Shown here in pieces: positions 50,075-64,000 of a DNA stretch of 64,000 bases. The stretch is taken from the NCBI RefSeq assembly GCF_006345805.1, contig NC_042999.1:158844001-158908000 (forward strand), in the 5' to 3' direction. Under the pieces are notes generated by a model. The model did no database searches, was not told where the DNA came from, and was given only the letters and a program-made list of their open reading frames with translations. Position 1 is the stretch's first letter, and each line of letters opens with the position of its first letter. The stretch comes from Octopus sinensis (Eukaryota). The translations under genes and the position numbers were made by a program.

Positions 50075-50561
50075 GTGTTGGGTTAAGATTCAGAGTAGAG
50101 CTACGACTCAATCCCCTGGAGCGGAAACGGGAGAGGCATGCAGTGATATATGTGTGGAAGATACTGGAGGGGCTGGTACCAAACTTTGGAATCGAGAGCT
50201 ATACTAGACCTCGAATTGGATGTCACTGCACTGTGTCAAAGATCCTAGCTATCCCATCTAGAGTCAGGACCGGGGACTACAATACCTTGGGATTCCAGGG
50301 GCCGCAGCGATTTAACGCCTTTCCAAAACATCTGAAGGACCTTCATGGAGTGGGGTAGAAAGAAACTTGATCCTTTGGTATTCAAGGACCCAGATAAACC
50401 AATATCAAGGCAGGAGACTCAAGAGAGGGCAGCATTGTCGAACTCCCTCCTTCACCAAAAGCCAATCACATAAGATTGGCCATTGAAAAGGTGATTACAC
50501 AGGCAGTGCCGCAGCATGGCCGCAGCCTTAGGACTGCAACGTATAGTGGAATAAAAGAATA
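50075..50561 (+). mobile_element. CR1-clade LINE 3' end (RT C-terminus + 3' UTR)
   Basis: LRLNPLERKRERHAVIYVWKILEGLVPNFG..TLGFQGPQRFNAFPKHLKDL..PDKP. Ends ggcagtgccgcagcatggccgcag..aataaaagaata. Confidence 0.85.
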
Positions 50562-51029
50562 TGTACATATGTATATAAGGACTCGTAAAACGCTACCCAT
50601 TTAACTCCTGATATTATTTATATTCTGTAAGTGCGACTATTTTATATTCATAGACATGTACATTTGTTCTATTCAATGTAGTTAATATCCTGTGTAGATC
50701 GACTTGCCTAACTTCCTTGTCATTACATTTACTCATCTACCGGCCCAAGTTCAAATCTCTTGAGCACTTCGAAGTGTATTCTATATAGAGAACACCTACT
50801 CTAATTTATAAAGTATATGTATTTATATATATATAACTGTAGAGTACATACACACCAGCACTCGGTTCAACAGATGCAGTTATAGATAAATTCTATTCCG
50901 GTTTACGAATATTACTAAACGAAATTCTGAATCGAGATAAGATTGTTATTAGGTTTTAGGAGATTTTAATGCTTGTGTTGGATTAGATTATCTTTCTTAC
51001 AATATTTACATTATCTACATTATTTACAT

Positions 51030-51100
51030 TTGACGGATATTTGTCCTCATCTTGTTTGTTGTTAGCACAACGTTTCGGCTTATATACCCACCAGTTTTCC
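51030..51100 (-). mobile_element. Decayed PLE-like terminal fragment
   Basis: Minus strand retains agccGAAACGTTgtg, but the CTGANGA block is destroyed. Confidence 0.45.
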
Positions 51101-51824
51101 TAAGGCAGTTACTATCTTTTTTCAGTGAGTTCATCTTTCTTTACCCTGTGCACAATTTCAACAGTCCCATAAAAAACAAAATAACTAAGTGTCATCCTAG
51201 ATTAGGATATGGTCGATTGATAATGTGGTTGTCTGAAGCCCAGATAGAAATAATGTTATATTAAGACGTTCTTTCAATAACGCAGAATTCTGGTCTGTCA
51301 ATGCAATGTTTTGTAGATAAATAAAAATGAAACCAAAGCGGACCGTAATACAAAACAGTTCAAACATTATAAGGAAATCTGATACTTCAGAACTCAAAGT
51401 AGATAACAAAAAAGATATTCTCTCTCAAACATTTGACGTAAAGTTAAGTAATTTTAGAATCACGGCAAATATATGAGATTGCTGAATCACCTAGAGAGGT
51501 TCTTGGGTTTACATGCTGTAAAAAAAACAGGACTAGATTGGCGAGAATTAGGTTATAAATAAACAACTTGAAGAAATGTAAAACTTCGCAATTAATCGAT
51601 TGCTCATCAGAACATTGCCAGAAAGTAAAAGCGTCACAGGTCCGCAAAACCTCTATTCAGAGTAGACTCAGAAAAATAAAGCAACAGTTGTGAGAACAAA
51701 TTTCTTAAAGCTCTGACAGAATCAACCCACAAATATCATATAAATGGTCTTTATCAAAATTTTAAGTGGGCATTTGTTCCAAGTAAAAAATAAGGGTGCT
51801 TTCCTGTTCTTTCTAGAGAACAGA

Positions 51825-54020
51825 ATCTTCTCACAGATCGAACAACACACTGAAACTTAGAGTAAAACATTTTAAATATGTATTCAATAGAGATGCATAT
51901 GAAAGCATGAAATCAATCAGTAGATCCATATTTGAATGAAGTGAAAGTGGTTCTAAAACAATTGAAAAATAGAAAAGCTCTGGAAGAGTATGATATTCCT
52001 GGAGGAATTCTTAAATGGGGCGGTAATATATTGATAAGCTAACAGAGCTTTATATTCCAAATGTGGTAAATAGGAACACTGCCCCTCAATAATTTAAAGA
52101 TGTAATGATTGTAAATCTATATACGTATCAAGGTAAGAAGTGTAAATGTGACAATCGTCTTGGCATATCGTTGCGCTCTGTTGCAGGGAAAATCCTCTCT
52201 GCGGTCACCTTAAACAGATTTAACACAGACTTAATCGGTTCTGTCAATTCAGAGAGACAGAATGAATTTAGCGCAGGTAGAAGGACAGTGCCCATAATAT
52301 GCAGTTTGCGACAAGTTCAAGCGAAGGTTCAGGAGCACAATAAAGACCTCTATGTGGTATTTGTTGACCTTCCAAAAACCTTTGACTGTACGCGAGTAGA
52401 CTTTGTGGAAAGAATTAGAAATGCTCAGAAATCCCGAGCAAGTGCGAAATGTCATAGTGTTCCTACATAAAGATATGAAGGCATCTGTTCTCTCAAATGG
52501 TTAACAATCTCAGCCTTTTGATATTATAAATGGTACAAAAGAAGGTTGTGATTTGGCACCAGTATTATTTGCACTATATTTTGCAATAATGCTGGATTGT
52601 GCCTTTTCTGATGAAGAAGAGGATGTGTTTCTTGAATGAAGGACACTGGGTGAAATCTTCAATCAACAATATTTCAAAGCAAGAGCTAAAGTTGCATCTC
52701 AGACAATAAAGCACTTACTGTTGTTTGCATATGATTATATCCCAGTTGGAGTGGGAGCACTCCGTCGGTTACGACGACGAGGGTTCCGGTTGATCCGACC
52801 AACGGAACAGCCTGCTCGTGAAATTAACGTGTAAGTGGCTGAGCACTCCACAGACACGTGTACCCTTAACGCAGTTCTCGGGGATATTCAGCGTGACACA
52901 GAGAGTGACAAGGCCGGCCCTTTGAAATACAGGTACAACAGAAACAGGAAGTAAGGGTGAGAGAAAGTTGTGGTGAAAGAGTACAGCAGGGATCACCACC
53001 ATCCCCTGCCGGAGCCTCGTGGAGCTTTAGGTGTTTTCGCTCAATAAACACTCACAACGCCCGGTCTGGGAATCGAAACCGCGAGTCCGCTGCCCTAACC
53101 ACTGGACCATTGCGCCTCCATATCCCAGTTACTCATACAGTCGAAGGCATGCACCCCATTATTGATAAATTTGCAGTATCAGCCAAATCATTCGGCTTAA
53201 CTATCAGCATAAAAAGACTGAAAGTTTTTTCAGCCACATCCTGTTAACAACCCAGAAATCTTGCCCAGCGTGTTGTTGAATGCAAAGCTTTGCAACCAGT
53301 TGATACTTTCACACGTTTAAATTCTACAGTAAAAGCGATGCTAAACTCGTAATGGAAAGATAAGTACAGTTTGGGGAAAACTTTATGGTCGACTTTTGAA
53401 TGCTCGTGACGTCTCATCAAGAACAAAAAAAAAGATGTGCATAAGTTATACTAACAACTCTCTTATATGGAACAGAGACCTGGACACCTTATCGTATGCA
53501 CATCAGTCAACAGAAAAGCTTTCATTTGAAATGTCTTGGGTAAATATGCAAGGTTGAGAAGGTTGATAGAGTAAAGATTACTACTATCCTGGAAATGTGT
53601 GGAATACCAAGAATAGAGGCTTTATTTAATCAAGTCTCAGATCTGGTAGTGTGGACACATCATTCACATGTATGACAGTCGAATACCAAGACAATTTTTT
53701 TATGGTCAGCTTGTAAATTCAGGACGTAATGTAGAACGCCGACTTCTATGATATAAGGATAAATTCAGAGATAATTTGAAATGCCTTTAATATTAGAAAA
53801 TAAAACTTTGATAATCTTGCGAGAAACCGTGCAGATTGAAGGAGAGAGGGCTTTCCTCAGCTTCAAAATTCCGATACTCAAAGGTTACTGCAGCAGGATC
53901 AGTTATGGGAAAATAGGAAAATGAATTAACAGAACAACAGTCTTGCGGCACACAACCATTGTTGACATTGTGATTTCTCGGCTTGATCACTTGCTGCTTT
54001 AATAAGTCATGCTCGTATCA
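51825..54020 (+). mobile_element. Decayed RTE-clade LINE ORF (RT domain to C-terminus), interrupted by a SINE
   Basis: GISLRSVAGKIL..LRQVQAKVQEHNKDLYVVFVDLPKTFD..GTKEGCDLAPVLF..LLFAYD|..FGLTISIK..YGTETWTPY..GHIIHMYDSRIPRQFFYGQL. Confidence 0.92.
52748..53120 (-). mobile_element. tRNA-derived SINE, tail type 1, inserted next to the RTE YADD-equivalent motif
   Basis: TSD (a)tatcccagtt at 52737-52747 and 53120-53130. Confidence 0.94.
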
Positions 54021-54464
54021 ATATTGTATTCTGTGGTCTGAGGACTCTCGTGAGGAGTCACCAAGTGCAGTGAATGGATTGTAAACATTGGTGAACAGTG
54101 ATAAAAATAATGTGATGGTGTTGTTTATAGTGTATGGTTTTCTGATTCCTTGTCGTGATTCCTTGTCGAATTGTTTTTCTCTTCTCGCTGAACACTTACA
54201 CGTCATCCTCGATGGAAGAGTCCGATATAGTCATACATACATACATACATATATACATACATACATGTCACATACATACATACACACATACATACACACA
54301 TGCATACACATACATACATACACATATACATACGTAAGTTTTTATTCAGTATACTGAAAGTTAATGTAAATTCGACGTTATAAAAAGTAATAGTTAATCG
54401 CTGTGCCAATATATCTCTTTTGAACAAAATATATTCATTTCATCATTGCTCATACAAACGAAAG

Positions 54465-54762
54465 TGGTTGTACATGATTTAGCTGTTAGGGTAATAGGCT
54501 GACGATCGTAATGTCGTGAGTTGAATTCCTGGCAGCAGGTGGTGACCTTGAGCAAGATACTTTATTTCACATTGCTCCAGTTCACTCAGATGGAAAATAT
54601 GAGTTGTTCCTCTAATTGTAAGGGCCAGCCTTGTTACATTCTGTATGTTCGTCAGATCTACGTTAAGGGTAAGTGTGTCTGTGGCGTACTCAGCCACTTG
54701 CACATTAATTTCACGAGCGGGCTGTTCAGCTGATCGGATCAACTGGAACACTAGTCGTTGTG
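54465..54762 (+). mobile_element. CORE-type SINE, tail type 1
   Basis: CORE block ttgagcaagatactttatttcacattgctccagttcactcag + shared tail. Confidence 0.87.
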
Positions 54763-54919
54763 TTATATAAAGTTAGTTATACAAAAGAAAACTGGTTAAT
54801 TAGGTATTACAGTTATTAAATCTATTTTACTTTATTAAGCGGTGAAATGAAAAGCTATCAACTTATTCAAAGCATATTATCAAGTAAAACAGTTTTCATC
54901 TGTTAAGCATTCAGTGTAT

Positions 54920-55100
54920 GCTCAAGAAAACACTGATGCCATTGATTTCTTGTATTTGACCAAACCTTTTGAGCCAGGGTTTTTTAGAATGTGTTAAATT
55001 ACAAAATGTGGCGTCAATATCATGAATTTAAATCGTTAAGATACTTAGCGATGTTCTGAATTTAAATTAAGTAACATTTGGCGTCGGAAGCCAAAAACTG
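54920..55100 (+). mobile_element. Possible very old CR1-like RT fragment
   Basis: DAIDFLYLTKPFE resembles D.IYLDF.KAFD. Little further support. Confidence 0.3.
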
Positions 55101-56587
55101 TGTGGCAGTTATTAACGACTCTCAAACAGAAGGAAATTTCATGTAATTAAGATATGAATTTAGAAAGCATTGACTTTTCGTAAAATTGGATGCTTGTTAG
55201 CAAGCAAGGTTATAGATACTGTCACCGAACTTCATCTGCGAAGCAATGTCTTCACAGTCTTTTGAGCAATGAAAGAAATAGTTACAAGGATTGGAAAATG
55301 ACTGGTGTATAATTTTGACTGTCAGTAGCATCCGCACAATCAGAGACAAATGGTTTGAGAAATTAAAATAAGTGGATTAATGTTATGAATTTAGATACTC
55401 CACAGAAATTATATTGAAGACATTCGCTAAACATTCCCCGCAAACTGAATATTTTGATTAGTTGGTGAAAACATGGCAACTTCTAACAATTGGAAGGGAC
55501 TCTCAAAATTGGAAGATAACTTAACAAACGTTCATGTTTATAGGAAATATGTCATTAGCTGTCATCCTAATGGTCAACAAAGAATACTTTCTCATCCTAA
55601 GCATGATAATTGAATTTTCTGTGAAATTAATTTTTAAATTCTAAAAATAGTGTTTCATCTTTAAGAAATGCTAACAATTTCCACTAGATTTTCATTTTCT
55701 TATTCCAATTAAAATGCAAAATTCTATTCATTTCAAGGATTTTACGGTCGTCAATCAGCACATCATCATCTGGCCTAATAATATGAAATACAATAAATAT
55801 TATAAAAGCGTTACATATTTTAATGCAAATAAACTGTATTATTGGCTTATCACAGGGTAAGCTCTTCTCATTGTTTGCATCTTCAAGTTATTCATAGTGA
55901 CAACTATTTTTCGTACGTAGTTTAACATTTTACATATAGTAAATTGTCATATACAAAGTTTCGATTTTGCCTATAAACGATGTCGGAAATCATTTGTGAT
56001 AAGAAATGGAGTATTTAGCATTGATATGATACGTGACATATAACACAGTGCAAAGTGTCAGATTTCATATCAGTAATCCTGTGTAGTGTAATGTCCGACT
56101 GGAAACTGACAGAAATATTTTGCTGATTTTTACATAAATTTCCATTAGAAGTAAGCTTTTTTTCTTCCGTAAAGAAAACTGTGGTAGCAATATTTCATAA
56201 AGAAAATTACTGCGTGGGCCAAGGGGAGGGAATGTGAATAAGTGAAATGACGTCAAAAAGAATATAGATGTAACCTATGATAAGGAAGCAATGGCATACG
56301 TTCTGCAATCATATTACTAGTTCAATCTCACTAATGGCAGGATACTCACTCATCACATATTTGAAAAAGGTAAATCGATATTGATAGATAACCGCCATTA
56401 TATATAATAAGTTTATATCTTCTGCAAAAGGAAAATTATTAACAGGAATGAGCTATGCACTATGAATTAAATGGAAGCAAGAATATACCAAATGTAACAT
56501 TTTTTAAATTTGCGATCTCATGAAGAATCTTCAACTGGGAGTAGAGTCAAATCGGTGATATTTGTCAGTGAAATTGATGTTATACTA

Positions 56588-56735
56588 GAGAATCTATATA
56601 CCTAAATATTTGCCAGAAAATAATGTCAGCGTTTTCTTTTGATTGCTTGTTCTGATTGCTTGTTGTAGAGAATCTAGATAACTAAATATTTCTAAGAAAA
56701 TAATATCAGTGTTTTCTTCTGATTGCTTGTTATAG
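56588..56735. repeat. Two diverged tandem copies of a ~75-bp unit
   Basis: agagaatcta..taaatatt..agaaaataat.tcag.gttttctt..gattgcttgtt occurs twice. Confidence 0.85.
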
Positions 56736-57472
56736 TCGTTTTATCTTTTACTCTAATTAGTTTCTTGTGTGTCATCCACTGGAAATTATATCACTTTATT
56801 TATATACTTCATGAATATTTTCCGAATAGCATTGACATTTCTTTGATCAGTATATATCAGCGCTTCAGTGAAACATCACTGATTTTAAAGGTCCACTCAT
56901 TTGTGCTATTATGTTGCAGTCAGAAAAAGTAACGATGACTGATATTTTAGTCAACAGTTAGCTTTGTGCTGTGTACTTTGATGGGAAACATTCTATTATG
57001 GTTTCACTTTTTCTTTGTTTAATTTCATGAAGACAAACTTAAGAAATCAGTCAATTTAAGTATAATTCAGTCCTGTAGAATTTTTTTTCAGCTCACAGAA
57101 AATGATGGTATGTTTCTATTATCGGAATTTCTAATTAAAATTACTTATGTCTTGGCATTTTGGAAATATTCAATTGCTATTTTGTTGATATTCTCAGAAA
57201 TTATCAGCTATTTAGTTTAAGTATTTTTAGATTCTAATTAATCTCTATTCACACATTACTTAAGTACACATGCACTACCAGTATGTCATACAATGTGCAC
57301 ACATACACACTAAATTTTCTCAGTTACATTATTCATCACTTTCTGTTTATTTACTCCACATTCATGATATATATTTAAGTTTACAAATACTTAACCACAA
57401 ACGCAAACATACAAGCATATTCAGAATTCAGGCTGACAGATAAACACACACACACACTCATATGTATATAAT

Positions 57473-57473
<1 letters not shown>

Positions 57474-57527
<54 letters not shown>

Positions 57528-57601
57528 TGATAATAATAATAATAATAATAATAGTAATGATAATGATAATAATAATAAAATAATAATAATAAATGATAAT
57601 G

Positions 57602-57674
<73 letters not shown>

Positions 57675-57684
57675 TAATATAATA

Positions 57685-57748
<64 letters not shown>

Positions 57749-57795
57749 TAATAATATAATGATAATAATAATAATAATAAAATAATAATAATATA

Positions 57796-57876
<81 letters not shown>

Positions 57877-57895
57877 TAATAATAATAATAATAAA
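57474..57895. repeat. Long impure (TAA)n/(TGA) array
   Basis: Direct reading. Confidence 0.97.
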
Positions 57896-58448
57896 ATGCC
57901 CTGATGCAGTACCAGGCAGTGGCTCTCATGGCTTCTGATCTTAACTGACTGGAAGTGTTATCATGTACATTGTCTTGTCTTGGTATAAAAGATGGGCTAC
58001 AGCAAATATTCTGCTCAATACCACAGGTTTGCTTGTCAGTTGTTTGACCTTAACCAGTTGAGCATGTCCCTTAGTGGCTGACGATATGTGCATCTCTGAT
58101 CACGAGCAGAAGTAGTGGGGGAGCATCATGGCCATGTGTTGAGAGGGATTCTTTGGAGTTTGAATGGTTCACCTCTGGAACATAGGTGTTTCGTTCAACA
58201 TCCTAAAGCAACCCTTATTCAGGGACCGTTTGAGCAGGATGGCTACTCAACCTGAAGAAAATTCTAACTGGGCCCCACCTGCAAGGTCATGTGTTGTTTA
58301 TCTTGATATGAGATCACCATGTCGCGCACATATGGTTGTGATGCATGTGCCTGGTGTACCTTTATCAGACGGGTAGTCATGATGGGTATATTGGGCTTCG
58401 TATATTTTACCCCAGTGTCACTTTGATGGCATGAACTGCTCTCTCACT
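57896..58448. mobile_element. Element D, longest copy, between (TAA)n arrays
   Basis: Homologous to 3927-4406 and 4441-4918, with ~55 extra bases at the left end. Confidence 0.88.
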
Positions 58449-58795
<347 letters not shown>

Positions 58796-59170
58796 TAAAA
58801 TGCTTCTAATGATGTATCAATACCGGCAGATGACAACGTGTCTCTGAAAGAAATGGAGAAACTCTCAAAATACAAATACCTGGAATAGAGGTAACTAGAA
58901 TGTGGAATCTGAAAACAGAAACAATTCCTATCATAGTAGGTGCATTAGGCATGATAAAAAAATATTCAGACAAATATATAACAAAAACACCAGGACTTAC
59001 AAACACATATAACATACAGAAAATTGCACTACTAGGCACTGCACACATCATACGCAGGACACTTTCCATACAATAACCATCAGAGCATCACAACAAATCA
59101 CAGCACATACCCAAGGCACACAGAGCTGCGCTCGGTAGTGAAGTGAAAGCACGCTATAAAAATAAAACTA

Positions 59171-59174
<4 letters not shown>
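58796..59174 (+). mobile_element. R4/Dong subfamily A, short 5'-truncated copy
   Basis: Highly similar to 42180-42560, with the same 3' junction into (AAT)n. Confidence 0.94.
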
Positions 59175-59235
<61 letters not shown>

Positions 59236-59388
59236 TAATAATAATAATAATAATGATAATAATAATAATAATAACAACAACAACAATACATGCATACATA
59301 CATACATTACATTACATACATACGTACATACATACATACATACATACATACATACATACATACATACATACATACATACATACATACA
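59175..59388. repeat. (TAA)n-(CAA)n-(CATA)n compound microsatellite
   Basis: Direct reading. Confidence 0.96.
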
Positions 59389-60010
59389 TTATGCTAGAAG
59401 AAGGTCCGCTATGGTCTTGCCACTAAGAAAGGAATGCTCCCAAGAAAATTTAGCAAACATCATAATGGATGTCTACTTAGAGGTCATCCCTCTTATATAT
59501 GTGTAATATTATTTTTTTCTGAAACTTCAGTTTTTTCAATATGCTAGATCACTGATTTTAAATTGATATTAATCAAATTAATATTCAATTTCTCACCCTT
59601 ATTATTTTAAATTCAAATTTAAATAGCTATGTTTCCTAACCGGCAAAATTCACTGCAGAGAATTATTTCCTGCAGAATTATTTCCGGTAGTTTGGCGCGC
59701 CAAAACGAAAACTTTTGAAAGGTGTCCCCAATTGTAATAGGTAGAACTATTTACATATTCAATCTCATGCGGACGTTTCGTGTATAGTTCTGAAAATTAG
59801 ATTTGCAAAGACGATCACACTGATGAGTGGCAGACAATTACGTAAATGATTACTTAAGCGATAACAACGAAATCTGATTTGTGATTAATTTGTATATTTT
59901 GTATCTTTTCATTTCTCTTGCTCGCTTACGTTCTGGCGTTTGCTAGATTTTCTTGAGAACATTCCTTTCTTAGTGGTAAGACCATGGCGGATATTTCTTC
60001 TAGCATAATG
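59387..60010. mobile_element. MITE-like structure with ~72-bp imperfect inverted termini (59387-59458 / 59938-60010)
   Basis: cattatgctagaagaa..caagaaaatttagcaaac vs gtttgctagattttcttg..ttcttctagcataatg. Confidence 0.7.
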
Positions 60011-60338
60011 GATGTCCACTTACAGGCCATACATCTTATATATATGTAAAATTACATTTTCTCAAATATATATGTCTGTATGTGTGTGTGTATGTATGTA
60101 TGTAAGTATGTATGTATGTATGTATGTATGTATGTATGTATGTATGTATGTATGTATGTATGCATGTATGTATGTATATATATATATATATATAATATAT
60201 ATATATATACATATAGATATATACATATATATACATATAGATATACACATGTATATGCTTATGTGTATATGCGTGTGATGTGAGGCTATATGCATGTGGG
60301 TTTTTATTTATCTCTCTCTTTCTCTCGCTGTATATATA

Positions 60339-60727
60339 TACTCTTTACTCTTTTACGTGTTTCAGTCGTTTGACTGCGGCCATGCTGGAGCACCACCTTT
60401 AGTCGAGCAACTCGACCCCGGGACTTATTCTTTGTAAGCCTAGTACTTATTCTATCGGTCCCTTTTGCCGAACCGCTAAATAACGGGGACGTAAACACAC
60501 CAGTATCGGTTGTCAAGCAATGCTAGGGGCACAAACACAGACACACAAACACACACATATATATACATATATACGACAGGCTTCTTTCAGTTTCCGTCTA
60601 TCAAATCCACTCACAAGGCATTGGTCGGCCCGGGGCTATAGCAGAAGACAATTGCCCAAGATGCCACGCAGTGGGACTGAACCCGGAACCATGTGGTTGG
60701 TTAGCAAGCTACTTACCACACAGCCAC
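60339..60727 (-). mobile_element. SINE family A, extreme 5' end disrupted by a MITE
   Basis: Full-length except the first ~9 nt. Confidence 0.94.
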
Positions 60728-60734
60728 GAATATA

Positions 60735-61111
60735 CAATTAATTGATACTAGTTGATTTCCATCAATTATCATTTATTAATTAGTTACGAAATGTCAGGAT
60801 CTCAACTTACAACTGTCTCAGTTGTCTAGCGACCACAATGATGGTAATGATGGCTATCATTGTAGGGAGTTAGTTATAACAAATTGAATCACGAAACATC
60901 ATCAGAGCGGAAAAATAGAATCCGTTCTGATGATGTTTCGCGATTCAATTTGTTATAACTAACTACCTACAAAGATAAATATCATTACCATCAGCATGGT
61001 CACTAGTGCAAAGAACCACGACAACAGAAACAGCGATAAGTTGAGCATCCCTCTTTTTGTAACTAATTAATAAATGATAATTAATGGAAATCAGTTGTTA
61101 TTAATTAATTG
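60735..61111. mobile_element. Fold-back MITE (whole element palindromic), TA target duplication, Tc1/mariner-type
   Basis: TA|caattaattg...aattaattg|TA. The ~180-bp arms close on a 9-nt loop at 60912-60920. Confidence 0.88.
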
Positions 61112-61254
61112 TATCGCCATTTTCCATTCGCGTTTGGATAATGATCAACTCCAATTTACTTTTGTCATTACCTATTATTTATATTCATGATTAAATATAG
61201 GTGACACACCAGTGGATTCATAGTATACTACTTATCACTTAGACAGTTGTTACA

Positions 61255-61436
<182 letters not shown>

Positions 61437-61897
61437 CAAACAGAAAGAAAGCAAAGACTGAATACCTTCAGGCGATGAATATTTGAGTATAAATATATAG
61501 ATATTTATATTGATAGATCAAACTTACACACAGTACAAACGATAGAGGAAATTACAGGGGAATATGGAAGACGTTGAAAGTCCGACAGCCGTTTCTGAGG
61601 GCTCGGAGATCCATTATAATGTTGGTAGATGTAGTTCACTATAACAAGCAGGCTACACTGGATGCAAATGAATATTAGATAAATCGAGCCTCCATCGTAA
61701 ATGCAGAAAAAATGTTACACTTCATATCATGTTGCGGAGATGGAATTTTTCAGAGATGGAATGTGGAGAGCAAGCAGTATTGAGGGAGGAAGTAAGAGGC
61801 TCGGTGTAGGTTTTGGTAGTGTTGAGGTTGGAAAGGATGAAAGGAGATATGAGAGTGAGTTCAAGGAGAGGGAGGGGTTTAACAATGAGGGCTTTAA

Positions 61898-62005
61898 GGC
61901 CGAGGTTGACTTTGCCTTTTCAGTCTTTCGAGGTCGATATAATTAATATGAAGTGAATAATAGCCCGAACCTAGGAATTGCTGGCCTTCTGCCAAAATTT
62001 GAACC
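61898..62005 (+). mobile_element. SINE family B, partial
   Basis: gccgaggttgactttgcc..gaggtcgata..aattgctggccttctgccaaaatttgaacc. Confidence 0.75.
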
Positions 62006-62972
62006 TGGTATTTCTAGTCGCCCAGTTATATTTGCTTTTCCATTTTCTCTAAAATATTCTCACTGTTTTTTAGATCGTTCTCTCTCTTTTACACTATTAT
62101 TCTTTATCCCTCTATTATTCCTATATAAATTTTCTGCCTCTACCTCACATACGCAAACACATATAATCAGTCAAATGTATACGATAACTCTCACATTTTC
62201 GTTTTCATTATTACACTTGTACCATTATTTCAGCTAGAGTTTCCTTATCATAATCAATCTCTGACTCTTTCTGTCCCGATTTCTATTTCACTCTTTCAGC
62301 GATACAGACCAAGACTTTTATATCTTTCGATTATATCTTTATCTTTACACCACTCGAAATGTCTCAGAATGTATTAAAATGTAATGAACTAAAGCAGAGG
62401 CAGTTCCGTTGTCCGATATTTATTCAGAATTCAGAATTTCTAATCAAACTTCAGTTGCTCTTTCAATCAACTCTTAGATTCAGATTCTCATACTTCACAA
62501 CATATTTCAGTTAAGGTAACAAATGTTAAAGTGTATGCATAATTATACAAGAATATACAACACACACATATACATAACACACAAATACATAACCCACATA
62601 TATACATACATACATACATAAATACATATCTTTCTATTTATACACACACACACTCACACACACACACACACACACACACGTATAATACTGCTTTTAATTT
62701 ATAATCAACGGTTAAATTTATAGGGAGACGATGTTTTCGTATCTTTGTGATGAGAGTTATTTATACTCAAGCTGTGAAGGTTAGGCGGCAGTCGATTATA
62801 TTGTATGAATCAAAATAGTGGAGAACCATTTATTTTCCGAAATCCAGAAAGATGAAAAACAATTTCAGTTGAGGCTGGTATTAGACAAAAACGTAGGTGA
62901 ATAAATGGCGCCAAACAATCTGAACGGCACCGTAAGTCTCCTTTTACTGCCATATGTATGTACGTCTGTGTG

Positions 62973-63038
<66 letters not shown>

Positions 63039-63096
63039 ATAGTGGTACAACAATGCACCAATGTTTACTGGAAATAGCAGTCGATAATGTATATAT

Positions 63097-63170
63097 AAAG
63101 GAAATAAGTAACAAGGATAACAAGGTATTAATGCACTAATGCCTTGACATCCTTGTTACTTATTTGCTTT
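63097..63170. other. Isolated 74-nt hairpin (34-bp stem, 6-nt loop)
   Basis: The arms differ at 4 positions, one of which is a G-U wobble on the plus strand. Confidence 0.85.
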
Positions 63171-63233
63171 CTACTCACCTTACCGGACAGACTTGGTGCC
63201 TGAACTTAAATACCTAATTGAACCGATTCTCAA

Positions 63234-63770
<537 letters not shown>

Positions 63771-64000
63771 ATATATATATATATATATATATTAACAATT
63801 AAGGAACGCCATAATAGGCCATCACAGCATCACCCACTAGAAATAACAGCCAAAGCTTCTACCGCAATAAAGATTAATTCCGTAAACAGGAGAAAATTAA
63901 AAAAAACATTTACCCTGTAATTTCTTGTACGGTATACCGTTTCATCCGCTGTTTAATGGTAAACTAACCTGATTAAATTAAATCAAGCCAATCCTCCATA

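Noticed and set aside
56588-56735. CRISPR-like or other repeat-spacer array (also considered for 2390-2450 and 14112-14177)
   Set aside because: These are simple tandem duplications without unique spacers, in a eukaryotic context with no cas genes.
60890-60945. CUGAUGA/GAAAC words as a hammerhead
   Set aside because: They are the two complementary arms of the MITE palindrome and pair with each other, so no three-way junction forms.

Overview
AT-rich, repeat-saturated eukaryotic DNA, most likely from an octopus. The tRNA-derived SINE families match my recollection of the Octopus OK/OR-type SINEs; this was not verified by a search. I found no host protein-coding exon, rRNA, intact tRNA or CRISPR array, so the window is intergenic or lies inside a large intron. 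Most entries in the ORF track are microsatellite or low-complexity translations, or transposon debris. Contents: (1) many decayed R4/Dong-clade LINE fragments, several embedded in (TAA)n arrays; (2) several Penelope-like element (PLE) fragments and terminal repeats anchored in (TA)n; (3) RTE, CR1-like and ORF1-type LINE fragments; (4) more than 30 SINE copies of at least three modular types; (5) fold-back MITEs and long hairpins; (6) local tandem and inverted duplications. The most interesting signal is a set of distinct minimal hammerhead-ribozyme-like motifs in PLE-associated repeats between about 29 and 46 kb. Each has its own core variant (U3-A8 swap, U6, C9, long stem II, possible circular permutation) and a very short, mostly palindromic stem III. 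Minimal hammerheads in PLE repeats are known in general; whether these variants are catalogued or active is untested. Coordinates were read by eye, and boundaries of decayed elements are approximate.
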